The notes beneath the pieces were generated by a model, which had not been told where the DNA came from, did not search any database, and was given only the letters and a program-made list of their open reading frames with translations. Shown in pieces: positions 20,523 to 29,128 of a stretch of 55,584 bases of DNA. This DNA is from Thermoplasmata archaeon (GTDB taxonomy: Archaea > Thermoplasmatota > Thermoplasmata > Lutacidiplasmatales > UBA184). Location: NCBI GenBank assembly GCA_030038605.1, contig JASHSU010000037.1:1-55584 (forward strand). The letters are read 5' to 3'. The position numbers and the translations under genes are program-made. Positions within the stretch are counted from its first letter, which is position 1. Each line of letters begins with the position of its first letter.

Positions 20523-21758
20523 TCAGGGGGCCGGTGGGGCGACCTTGGCGGGCGGAGCCGCTCCCGTGGCTCCCAAGGCGGACCAGGTACGGGCCGGGAG
20601 TCCCCAGACGTAGATGAACCCCTCCGACATTTCCTGACGGAACGCGTCGCCGGTCGAGTACGTCGCGAGCGCGTGTTGGTAGAGGGCGAACGGAGAGCGC
20701 CGACCGGTCACGGTCGCGGACCCCTTGAACAGTTTGACGGCGACCTCGCCCGAGACCCGTTCCTGCGTCGGCTCGATGAACCCGTCCAGAGCGCTCCGGA
20801 GCGGGGCGAACCAGAGGCCGTCGTAGATCAGCTGGGCGTACCGCTGCTCCACGACCCGCTTGAAATCCAGGACGTCCCGCGGGAGGACCAGGGCTTCCAG
20901 GGCCTGGTGGGCCCGGATGAGGAGGGTCGCGGCGGGGCACTCGTACACTTCGCGGGACTTGATCCCCACCACCCGTGACTCCAGGTGGTCGATGCGGCCG
21001 ACCCCGTGGGCTCCCGCGAGCCGATTCAGATGGGCGACCATCTCGTGGAAGGCCATCGGAGTGCCGTCCGCCGACACCGGCAGCCCGTGCTCGAACGTCA
21101 GTCGAACGTAGACCGGGGTATCCGGGGCGGCCGCGGGGGAGACCGTCCACCCGTAGGCTTCCTCGGGCGGCTCGATGGCGGGGTCCTCCAGGATCCCGCA
21201 CTCGACTGACCGGCCCCAGAGGTTCTCGTCGGTACTGTAGGGGGACTTCTTGGTTGCGTCCACCGGAATGCCGCGGTCGTGGGCGTAGGCGATCTCGTCC
21301 TCGCGCGTCATCTTCCACTCGCGGACGGGCGCCACGACCTGCAACTCTGGGGCGAGGCTGGCGGTGGCCAGTTCGAACCGGACCTGGTCGTTCCCCTTGC
21401 CCGTGCAGCCGTGAGCGATGTGGGAGGCCCCTTCGTTGCGGGCGACCGTGACGAGGTGCCGCCCGATGAGCGGCCGAGCTAGGGCCGTGCTGAGCGGGTA
21501 CACCCCCTCGTAGAGGGCGTTTGCCTTGAGCGCGGGCGCCAGGAACTCCTCGGCGAACTCACGGCGGGCGTCGGCGACATACGCGCCCACGGCGCCGGAG
21601 GCGAGTGCCTTGGTCCGGACCCGGCCGAGGTCGACGGGCTGGCCCACATCGACCGTGACCGCGACCACGTCGAACCCCTTCGACTCCTTGAGCCAGGGGA
21701 TGGCGACCGACGTGTCGAGCCCCCCCGAGTACGCGAGAACGACCTTCGGGGTGACCAT
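20523..21758 (-). CDS. argG: Argininosuccinate synthase
   Basis: VLAYSGGLDTS, AHGCTGKGNDQVRFE, GIKSREVYE; start at ATG 21758. Confidence 0.98.
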   Translation of the reverse strand: MVTPKVVLAYSGGLDTSVAIPWLKESKGFDVVAVTVDVGQPVDLGRVRTKALASGAVGAYVADARREFAEEFLAPALKANALYEGVYPLSTALARPLIGRHLVTVARNEGASHIAHGCTGKGNDQVRFELATASLAPELQVVAPVREWKMTREDEIAYAHDRGIPVDATKKSPYSTDENLWGRSVECGILEDPAIEPPEEAYGWTVSPAAAPDTPVYVRLTFEHGLPVSADGTPMAFHEMVAHLNRLAGAHGVGRIDHLESRVVGIKSREVYECPAATLLIRAHQALEALVLPRDVLDFKRVVEQRYAQLIYDGLWFAPLRSALDGFIEPTQERVSGEVAVKLFKGSATVTGRRSPFALYQHALATYSTGDAFRQEMSEGFIYVWGLPARTWSALGATGAAPPAKVAPPAP

Positions 21759-21795
21759 CGGCTGCCTAGTGAGGTTCCTCACGCGGCCCGACGGA

Positions 21796-21845
21796 TTTAT
21801 ACCTCGTGACCGCCTGTCGACACAATTGGGCAGTAGTGTCCAATT
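21796..21845. promoter_or_regulatory. Divergent argG/regulator control region: TATA-like element and palindromic operator candidate
   Basis: TTTATA 21796-21801; AATTGGGCA-GTAG-TGTCCAATT 21824-21845 (8 of 9 arm positions complementary). Confidence 0.6.
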
Positions 21846-21855
21846 TTAGACAACC

Positions 21856-22506
21856 ATGCCCGAGTCGAAATCTTCCATCGCCCGGCGGGTTCGGGAATAC
21901 CTGGACGGTCGTCCCGTGCTCGCGGACGCGCTCCGCCTGGGCATCGCCAACCACTCGGCCGTGGCCCGGCGGGTCGCGGCCGACCTGGAGGTCCGCCAGA
22001 TGGAGGCGGTGATCGCCGCCTGCCGGCGCTACCCGCGGGGGCGCGGCGACTCCGCGCGGACCGCCGGCATCCAGCGTGTGCTGCGGAAGAGCCGGATCGA
22101 GACCCGGACCAAGGTCGCGACCGTCACCGTGAGCGAGGGCATCGACATCCTGCAGCGTCTGGGCGACGTCGTCGAGGAGCTGCTGGACGAAAATTCCCTC
22201 TGCCGCCTCATCCAGGTGTCGCGCGGTACGGTCATCATCGTGGACGAGGACTCCGTCCCGCGCGTGACGCGGGCGCTCCGCGAGGGTCAGGTGATTCGCG
22301 TCCGCCGCAATCTGGTTGAGGTGGCGGTCGCCAGCCCCGAGAGCATCGAAGAGACGCCGGGCCTGCTCACCCTGCTGACCGGGGTGCTTTCCGGCCAGTC
22401 GATCAACATCGTCGAGGCGCTGAGCTGCTACACGGACACGATCTTCCTGCTCGAGCAGGGAGACTTGAACTCGGCGATTTCGGTCCTAACGCGCGCGCTG
22501 CAGTGA
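21856..22506 (+). CDS. Archaeal N-terminal helical/HTH-like plus tandem ACT-domain protein, putative amino-acid-responsive regulator
   Basis: SIARRVREYLD.RP...DAL.LGIANHSAVARR; C-terminal SPESIEETPGLL...INIVEALSCYTDTIF ACT domain; divergent from argG. Confidence 0.8.
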   Translation: MPESKSSIARRVREYLDGRPVLADALRLGIANHSAVARRVAADLEVRQMEAVIAACRRYPRGRGDSARTAGIQRVLRKSRIETRTKVATVTVSEGIDILQRLGDVVEELLDENSLCRLIQVSRGTVIIVDEDSVPRVTRALREGQVIRVRRNLVEVAVASPESIEETPGLLTLLTGVLSGQSINIVEALSCYTDTIFLLEQGDLNSAISVLTRALQ

Positions 22507-22522
22507 ACCGGAGCCCACCCGA

Positions 22523-23671
22523 CTAACCCGCGCCGCCGGCCGGTGTGGTCGTCGAGGGCGGCTCGGGACCGAAGCCGACCTCCTCGTAGCGCTTGACCTT
22601 GTAGATCAGCCACGCGAGTAGGAAGCAGCCGATGAAGAGGGCGACGATCCCGATACCGACCCAGCCCCAGATCTCGATCCCGAACGGCCCCTCGGCTCCG
22701 TTGAGCCAATTCATCGCATCCCAGAACCCGAACGGTCCACCTGACAGGTTGAACTCGCTCGCGACGACCCCGAGGATCTCGATCGTGCCGATGATGAAGG
22801 CCACCAGCACCGAGATGATGGTCATCGTGAGATTGTAGTAGACCTTCCGAATCGGCTTGAGGAACGCCCAGCCGTAGGCGAACCGCATGCTGATACCATC
22901 GCTCGTGTCGGTCAGGACCATACCGCAGGTGAACATGAACGGCAGGAGCAGGATGAGGTACAGCGGGAACGAGACGAAGGCCGAGCCGACCCCCACCGTG
23001 ATGGCGATCAGCGTGACCTCGGTCGCTGTGTCGAACCCCAGGCCGAACAGGACGCCCACGGGGTAGATCTGCCAGGGTTCGTTCACGAACTTGAACAAGA
23101 ACCCGAAGTAGCGGTTCATGAACCCGCGGTTGTTGAGGGTCTCCTCGAGCTTCTTCTGGTCGAGGGACCCGGCCCGCAGCTGCTTGAAGATCCGATACAC
23201 CTCGAAGAAAATGAGCAGGTTGACCAGAGCGATGATGTAGAGAAATCCGCCGGAAATCGCTGTCCCGATGATGTTCCCGTCGGCCTCGAACGTGGGGACG
23301 TTGGCGACGATCCAGCGGGCCGCCAGGACCAGCGCCACCAACATCGCCATGACGATCGTCGAGTGGCCCAACGAGAACCAGGTCCCGACGGTGTAGGGCC
23401 GCTTGTCCTGCTGGAGCAGTTTGCGGGTCGTGTTGTCGATGGCGCAGATGTGGTCGGCATCGACTCCGTGACGAAGACCGAGGGTGTACGCTAGGATGCC
23501 GAGGCCGAAAAACCCGCCGGCGACCGCAAAGCCGTAGTGCGCGCCGACCCAGAAGAGCGCCGCAAAGCCGAAGACCGTGGCGGCAATGATCGCCACGTAG
23601 ATCCCCACGACGCCGAATTTCTCACGGCGGGTGAACAGCATCGGATTGGAGATCGCACCGGCGGTCGCCAT
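22523..23671 (-). CDS. HoxN/NixA (NiCoT) high-affinity nickel/cobalt permease
   Basis: GLRHGVDADHICAIDNTTRKL, FSLGHSTIV, LFGLGFDTATE, about 8 TM. Confidence 0.96.
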   Translation of the reverse strand: MATAGAISNPMLFTRREKFGVVGIYVAIIAATVFGFAALFWVGAHYGFAVAGGFFGLGILAYTLGLRHGVDADHICAIDNTTRKLLQQDKRPYTVGTWFSLGHSTIVMAMLVALVLAARWIVANVPTFEADGNIIGTAISGGFLYIIALVNLLIFFEVYRIFKQLRAGSLDQKKLEETLNNRGFMNRYFGFLFKFVNEPWQIYPVGVLFGLGFDTATEVTLIAITVGVGSAFVSFPLYLILLLPFMFTCGMVLTDTSDGISMRFAYGWAFLKPIRKVYYNLTMTIISVLVAFIIGTIEILGVVASEFNLSGGPFGFWDAMNWLNGAEGPFGIEIWGWVGIGIVALFIGCFLLAWLIYKVKRYEEVGFGPEPPSTTTPAGGAG

Positions 23672-23695
23672 CTGCGACCGCCCACCAGCGCGGCC

Positions 23696-23733
23696 TATTT
23701 AACTCGTATGTCGCTTTGAAAAATCGTAACACG
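23696..23733 (-). promoter_or_regulatory. NiCoT TATA box and putative NikR operator
   Basis: TTAAATA (- strand, 23702-23696) 24 nt before ATG 23671; adjacent CGTATGT-N15-TAACACG pseudo-palindrome 23705-23733. Confidence 0.55.
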
Positions 23734-23810
23734 CAAATTCTCCCGAGCGAGAGGCATGGAAGGCCGGTCAAGATTATCATTCTCGCAGGGCGTACGGTCG
23801 AGCGTCAACC

Positions 23811-24293
23811 ATGGGCTCTCCAAGAGGCCGGGGTCGCCATGCCGCCCGCGAGCGGGTGGTCCGGCTCGGAGTTTCGCTCGAACCCAGCTTGGTGGGTCTG
23901 TTGGACCGGTGGGTCGCCGAGCGGAACAGTCCCAGTCGTTCGGACGGGGTCCGGGCCCTGATCCGCAAGGAACTCGCGGACCGGACCCTGGCCGACCCGG
24001 AATCCGACGCCCTGGGCGTGGTGACGCTCCTCTATCGGCACGATGCACCGAATGTCATGCGGCGTCTCACCGCCGCCGAGCATCGATGGGGGGACCACGT
24101 ACGGTCCAGCAGCCACGTCCATCTAGAGGGGGATGCCTGCGCGGAAGTCATCGTCCTGCTCGGTCGACGACGCGAGGTCGCCCAGGCGGCGGCGGATCTC
24201 GGAGGTGTCCGGGGGATCTTGGAGGCGGAATCGGTGCTGCTGACCCCGAGCCTGGCCGGTGGGCGAACCGGACATCGACATCCTCACACCTGA
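23811..24293 (+). CDS. nikR: Nickel-responsive regulator NikR
   Basis: RHH domain (RLGVSL...LDRW...SRSDGVRALIR) plus EH...SSHVHL...CAEVI nickel site; divergent from NiCoT. Confidence 0.93.
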   Translation: MGSPRGRGRHAARERVVRLGVSLEPSLVGLLDRWVAERNSPSRSDGVRALIRKELADRTLADPESDALGVVTLLYRHDAPNVMRRLTAAEHRWGDHVRSSSHVHLEGDACAEVIVLLGRRREVAQAAADLGGVRGILEAESVLLTPSLAGGRTGHRHPHT

Positions 24294-24357
24294 CTCGGGT
24301 CCCTGCGAGATTTTGAGCGCCCGTTGAGCTCATCCGAGGAAGCCCCTTGGCGACCAT

Positions 24358-25191
24358 GTGCCTTCACGCCGCGGGAATTCTTCGACGGTGGCGACGTTGG
24401 GGGCCAGGCACTCCCGGGTCCACATTGCTCCCGTCGGATTCGAGGTCGAGCGCGTCGTCGAACCGCTCGCATCCGACCGCGCGGATCGTGTGTACTTGCT
24501 GACGCGTAGCGAGCACGATGCGGCAGCGCCGTACGTGGAGGAAGTCGTTCGCCGGCTAGCCCGTGCCGCCTGGCCGGTGGACGTTCGCATTGTCCGCACG
24601 GAGCTGTGGGATGTCTTCGGTGCCCTGGCCTCGTACCGGACGATCTTCGAGGCCGAGGGCCGTTCGGACCGCACGGCGCGGGATGTCGTGCCCATCCGGG
24701 TGAACGTCTCCACGGGCACGAAGATCACCGCGATCGCGGGCACGCTCGCCTGCATGCTCTGGAACGGCGCGCCGTACTACGCCCAGGTCTCGCGGGCCTG
24801 GTACTCCGGACGCGTCCCACGGGTCGGCCGCGTCACCGATGTGGTCGAACGGGTCGACCCGGTCGGCGTCTACGAGCTCCGTTCGCCGGCGCGTGAGCTC
24901 GTGGAGGTCTTGGAGGCCCTCGACCGACGGGGAGGGTCCCTGCGGAAGCGCGACCTTCTTCGGGAACTCGGTCTCGACCGCCCCGGTCCGGACGGAGGGC
25001 GGGTCCCGTCCGCCCAGTCTCAGCACGGACGGCTCCGCCGACGGCTGGAACCGCTCGAGCGTCGGTGGGGATTCGTTCGGTCGGAGTCGGCGGGTCCGAG
25101 GGCCCGAGTCCAGTTGACCGAGCAGGGCCGCCTCGCCCTGGCCCTCTTCGCCCAGGAGCGAGCGGCGAATGCACGGAATACGCGCAGTTAA
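24358..25191 (+). CDS. DUF6293/HFX_2341-like regulator (CARF-like Rossmann domain plus winged HTH)
   Basis: RVHIAPVGFEVERVVEP....ADRVYLL, VNVSTGTKITAIAG, C-terminal L.PLE.RWGFV......V.LTEQG; start uncertain. Confidence 0.8.
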   Translation: MPSRRGNSSTVATLGARHSRVHIAPVGFEVERVVEPLASDRADRVYLLTRSEHDAAAPYVEEVVRRLARAAWPVDVRIVRTELWDVFGALASYRTIFEAEGRSDRTARDVVPIRVNVSTGTKITAIAGTLACMLWNGAPYYAQVSRAWYSGRVPRVGRVTDVVERVDPVGVYELRSPARELVEVLEALDRRGGSLRKRDLLRELGLDRPGPDGGRVPSAQSQHGRLRRRLEPLERRWGFVRSESAGPRARVQLTEQGRLALALFAQERAANARNTRS

Positions 25192-25519
25192 CGGACTTAA
25201 CGTTACAATGTCTAAGTAGGCCTCTGCCCCTCGTCTGTTCGTGGACGCACAGGCCGGACGGGTCGAGACCGGTGGTTGGATCGGGTCTCGCCCGGAGTCG
25301 GGTTACGGAGTGCCGCAGACGGCCCTCGGGCCGTGGCCGACCGAACCGACCCACCGCCCCCGACCCCAGTCCCTCCGGGGCGGGGAGGGTCCGTCCCGTC
25401 CGCCTCGGGGCCCTCGGGGGCCCGCGCCCGGACCGGGCCTGCCTCCGACGGGCGCCGACCGTTTTCGCGCCCCCCTGGGAGGGCGCTTCCCATAAGTCGG
25501 CCTTTCCGTTGCGCGCCGC

Positions 25520-26002
25520 GTGGCGGCCCACCGCTTCGGAGCGATCCTGCGCCTGGTCGGCGAGGCCGCCCGCGTCGAGGTCGAGTTTGGGACCCAGTCG
25601 CTCGAGACTCTCGCTCGGATCGCGGACGCGGTCGCCTCCTCCGTCTACGTCCCGGACTCGCTGACCCGGACGCCCACCGGGCTCGCCCTGCGCCTGGCGA
25701 ATCCTCCCCTCCGGGTCGGTGCGTTCGCCGCCCTACGTCTGTTCGTCGATGGACACCCCGTGCCGGCCGAGGACGTCCGGTTCCGGACGGCCACGTCGTC
25801 GACATGGCGGACCGCCGCGAGCGTGCGGACCGAATCTCCCCTTGACCTGCAGGCGGGCGATGCGATCGATCTCGCGGCGGACCTACCGGACGTTCCTCGG
25901 GTCGGCCCGGTCACGATCCGCCTGGAGTTGCAGAGCGTGGCGATCCCGCCCCTCGTCTGGTTCGAGGTGCGGGACCGGCTCCGCGACGGAGGGGCACCGT
26001 GA
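25520..26002 (+). CDS. Small beta-sandwich protein, resembling DUF6379/C-glycoside deglycosidase beta-subunit fold
   Basis: YVPDSL...G..LRL.NP..R......LRLFVDG..VP.EDVRF; GTGA-coupled to the next gene; CATAAG about 24 nt upstream. Confidence 0.65.
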   Translation: MAAHRFGAILRLVGEAARVEVEFGTQSLETLARIADAVASSVYVPDSLTRTPTGLALRLANPPLRVGAFAALRLFVDGHPVPAEDVRFRTATSSTWRTAASVRTESPLDLQAGDAIDLAADLPDVPRVGPVTIRLELQSVAIPPLVWFEVRDRLRDGGAP

Positions 26003-28173
26003 GTCCCCCGGGACCCCCCGTCCTGCTGACGACCCTCACTTCGGCGGTACTGGCCGACGGGAGCGGGGACCTCTGCCTCACCCAGGAGAGCCGGGGCGCG
26101 CCCACCGAGTGGGGCGGAGTCTACGGTCAGATGGTCCGACTGACGGGCCCGTGGTCGGTCCGGCTCGCGGAAGGGCCCGAAGTGACGGACCTGCCATCGA
26201 CTCGGGTCCTGGCCGAGCCGTTTCCGGGTGGATGGTCGAGCCGCCACCGTTGGAGAGACCTCGACATCGTCCAGGACGTGGCCGCCGTCGAGCAACCCCC
26301 GGGTGCGTTGCGCCGGTTGGTGATCCGGTCCGACCGCGACCAAAACGTCACGCTCACCGTGACGAGCGAATTCGTTCCCTATCTGTTCCCCGTCCTCGTC
26401 GAAGGCATTCGGCCACCCGAATTCGAGGTCCACACCACCGGTCAGGACGTCCTCGTGCGCCACCGTGGGCTGGCCCTTCGCCTGGCCTGCTCGGTCCCCG
26501 CGAGCCATCTCCGACTGGATGGTGCTTCGTGGGTAGGCGGACACCATCGGGGCCCGGTCGGCCACCTAGCGAGCGAGCACCACCTGCTGGTGCCCCCGGG
26601 CGGAGTGACGGAGGTGCGGTGGCGTCTGGTGGGAGGATTCGAGCACGACCTCGAGCGCGGCCTCGCCGACTCCCGGCCGGACCTCGGGACTCCCGCCGAC
26701 CGGGCGGCCGAGCGCGCGGCGGCCGACGACCGGTGGAAACGGGAGACACCTCAACTCGAGTTTCCGGATGCGCCGGACCTGGAGCTCGCCTACCGTCAGG
26801 CCCGGTCCGCGCTCCGTCAACTCTACACCGCCCCGGCCGACGGGATGGTGGGCCTCGTCGCCGGCTATCCCTGGTACTCGGCGATCTGGTGCCGCGACCT
26901 GGCGGTCATGCTGCCGGCGGTCCTCTGGCTCGGGGATTTTGAGTGGGTCCGACGGTCCCTCGACACGGTCTTTCGGTTCCAGAGTCGCCAGCCGATACCG
27001 CTCCTCGCGGGCGAGCCCGGGGAGCTGCCGATGCAACTCGCGCCCGGGCCGATCTTCCTCTTCGGCACGTCCGACAGCACGCTCCGGTTTCCCGCCGTGG
27101 TCGAGCAGATGCACCGCCACGCGGGCGACATGGCCCAGGTCGCCCGCTGGGCCGATGCGCTGCACCGTATCGTCCGGTGGGGCCAGGCCCGCACCGACCC
27201 TACCACCGGCCTGCTGCGGCACGGCGGTGAGGCCGAATCGATCGCTCTCGCGACCGGAGCGCTGGCCAAGGTCCGGTACGGGATCGACGCCCCGGACACG
27301 ACGATCTGGGATTCGGCCGACCGTCGCGACCATGCCGTCGACGTGCAGGTCCTCTGGTGGCAGACGCTCGACGCCGCGGCCACCCTGCTCGGGCACGCGG
27401 ACGACCCGGTGCGTCGGGCCACGTGCCAACAGGAAGCCGCCCGCCTGCAGGCGACGATAGCCGAGCGGTACCCGTGGACGGCGGAAGACTTCCTCTACGA
27501 TTCGTTCCGCTCCGGCCGTCCCGTTCCTCACGTGCGCCCCAATGCACTCCGTGCGGTGAGCGCCGGCCTCGTAGAGCCGGCGCTGGCCCGCCGCATGGTC
27601 GCCCGCGCGGCCCGCGACGACCTCACCACGCCCTGGGGGGTCCGCTGCCTCTCCGCGAGGGACCCGACCTACCGTCCCACCAGCTACCACGAAGGGCAGG
27701 TCTGGACGATCGCGACCGCCTGGGCGGCCGACGCCGCCTATGCGGTCGGCGACACGGAACGGGGCCTCGCCTGGCTGCGGACCATCGCGAGCCGCTACGC
27801 CGTCGAGGCCGGGTTCGCTCACGAGTGCTACCGCGGCGATCGGGCCGAGCCGTTCGACTCCTGCTTCCTGCTGGGGTTCAGCGTGGGTCCGTTCCTCGCC
27901 CTCGTGTTCGAGCGGCTGTGGGGCCTGGAGGTCCTGACACCGGGCCGCGCGCTCCGGGTCGCGCCGGCGTTCCCCGCGGGTTGGTCGTCCGCGCGGATCC
28001 GGGGACTCCGCCTCGGCTCGGGGCGCGTCGACCTCGCCTGGACGCCGGCCGAGTTGCGGGTCGGATGGTCCGGCGCCGTTCCGCTCTCGGTCGAGGCGGG
28101 CCCGGGCGTCACGACGGTGCCGGCGGGGGGCTCCGTCGCGGTGCCGCTCGGCCCGGTCCCCCAGAGGTCATAA
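25999..28173 (+). CDS. Amylo-alpha-1,6-glucosidase/GDE-like (alpha/alpha)6 glycoside hydrolase
   Basis: AGYPWYSAIWCRD, DST, TIWDS, AVDVQVLW, RPNAL, TPWGVRCLS, SYHEGQVW. Confidence 0.88.
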   Translation: MSPPGPPVLLTTLTSAVLADGSGDLCLTQESRGAPTEWGGVYGQMVRLTGPWSVRLAEGPEVTDLPSTRVLAEPFPGGWSSRHRWRDLDIVQDVAAVEQPPGALRRLVIRSDRDQNVTLTVTSEFVPYLFPVLVEGIRPPEFEVHTTGQDVLVRHRGLALRLACSVPASHLRLDGASWVGGHHRGPVGHLASEHHLLVPPGGVTEVRWRLVGGFEHDLERGLADSRPDLGTPADRAAERAAADDRWKRETPQLEFPDAPDLELAYRQARSALRQLYTAPADGMVGLVAGYPWYSAIWCRDLAVMLPAVLWLGDFEWVRRSLDTVFRFQSRQPIPLLAGEPGELPMQLAPGPIFLFGTSDSTLRFPAVVEQMHRHAGDMAQVARWADALHRIVRWGQARTDPTTGLLRHGGEAESIALATGALAKVRYGIDAPDTTIWDSADRRDHAVDVQVLWWQTLDAAATLLGHADDPVRRATCQQEAARLQATIAERYPWTAEDFLYDSFRSGRPVPHVRPNALRAVSAGLVEPALARRMVARAARDDLTTPWGVRCLSARDPTYRPTSYHEGQVWTIATAWAADAAYAVGDTERGLAWLRTIASRYAVEAGFAHECYRGDRAEPFDSCFLLGFSVGPFLALVFERLWGLEVLTPGRALRVAPAFPAGWSSARIRGLRLGSGRVDLAWTPAELRVGWSGAVPLSVEAGPGVTTVPAGGSVAVPLGPVPQRS

Positions 28174-28195
28174 CCCGCGAGCCCCCTCGCGGGCG

Positions 28196-29128
28196 ATGCC
28201 CAACGCCATCGAGGTCCGGGGCCTCGTCAAGAACTACGGGACGCTGCGGGCGGTCGACGGGATCCAGTTCTCGGTCGCCGCGGGGTCGGTCTTCGCGTTC
28301 CTCGGACCCAACGGGGCCGGCAAGACGACCACGACCGAGATCCTCGAGGGACTGCGGCCGAAGACGGCCGGGGACGTCCGCGTCCTTGGGCTGGACCCGT
28401 GGACGCAGGGCGCCGAGCTCCACCAGAAGATCGGCGTCATCCCGCAGGACTTCCGGTTCTTCGAGCGGATCACGCCCGCGGAGGGGATCGAGTACTACAG
28501 CGCCCTGTTCGGGACCCACCCGGACGCTTCGGCGATCCTGTCCCGGGTGGCTCTGTCGGACAAGGCGGACGCCCGGTACGACACCCTCTCCGGGGGCCAG
28601 AAACAGAAGATGGGACTGGCCCTCGCCCTGACCAACGACCCGGAGATCTGCTTTCTGGACGAGCCGACGACCGGCCTCGACCCGGCGGCACGCCGAGCGA
28701 TCTGGGAAGTCATCCGGTCGCTGAAGCGGGAGGGCCGGACCGTCTTCCTGACGACCCACTACCTCGAGGAGGCCGAGATTCTCGCCGACCAGGTCGCCAT
28801 CATCCATCACGGCCACATCATCGCGACGGGGACCCCGAGCGAGATCATCTCCGCCCACGGCCGGCCCCCGCGGTTGCGCCTGGCCGCCGGCCCGGACGTC
28901 GCCGCGTTCGTACAGCGGACCCTGGGCGCGACGGCCACGGTCGAGAACGGGTACGTCGAGGTGGTCGTCCACGACAAGGACGAGTCGCTGCGGGTCCTCT
29001 CCGCGGTCCAGTCGAGCGGCCTACCGTGGAGCTCGTTCACGACCGAACACGACACGCTCGAGGACGTCTTCGTCCGGATGGTCGGCCGGATGGACGACGG
29101 AGCGCTCAAGTCGGAGGGAGCGACATGA
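28196..29128 (+). CDS. ABC-2 type exporter ATP-binding subunit
   Basis: GPNGAGKTT, LSGGQ, FLDEPTTGLD, TTHYLEEA. Confidence 0.96.
   Translation: MPNAIEVRGLVKNYGTLRAVDGIQFSVAAGSVFAFLGPNGAGKTTTTEILEGLRPKTAGDVRVLGLDPWTQGAELHQKIGVIPQDFRFFERITPAEGIEYYSALFGTHPDASAILSRVALSDKADARYDTLSGGQKQKMGLALALTNDPEICFLDEPTTGLDPAARRAIWEVIRSLKREGRTVFLTTHYLEEAEILADQVAIIHHGHIIATGTPSEIISAHGRPPRLRLAAGPDVAAFVQRTLGATATVENGYVEVVVHDKDESLRVLSAVQSSGLPWSSFTTEHDTLEDVFVRMVGRMDDGALKSEGAT

Noticed and set aside
25241..25495. SRP RNA or RNase P RNA
   Set aside because: No SRP helix-8 CAGG..GNRA..AGCA motif and no RNase P GAGGAAAGUCC-type region found on either strand
28399..29124. N-terminal extension of the ABC permease (612-aa ORF)
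   Set aside because: Overlaps the ATPase out of frame; the real start is the ATGA at 29125
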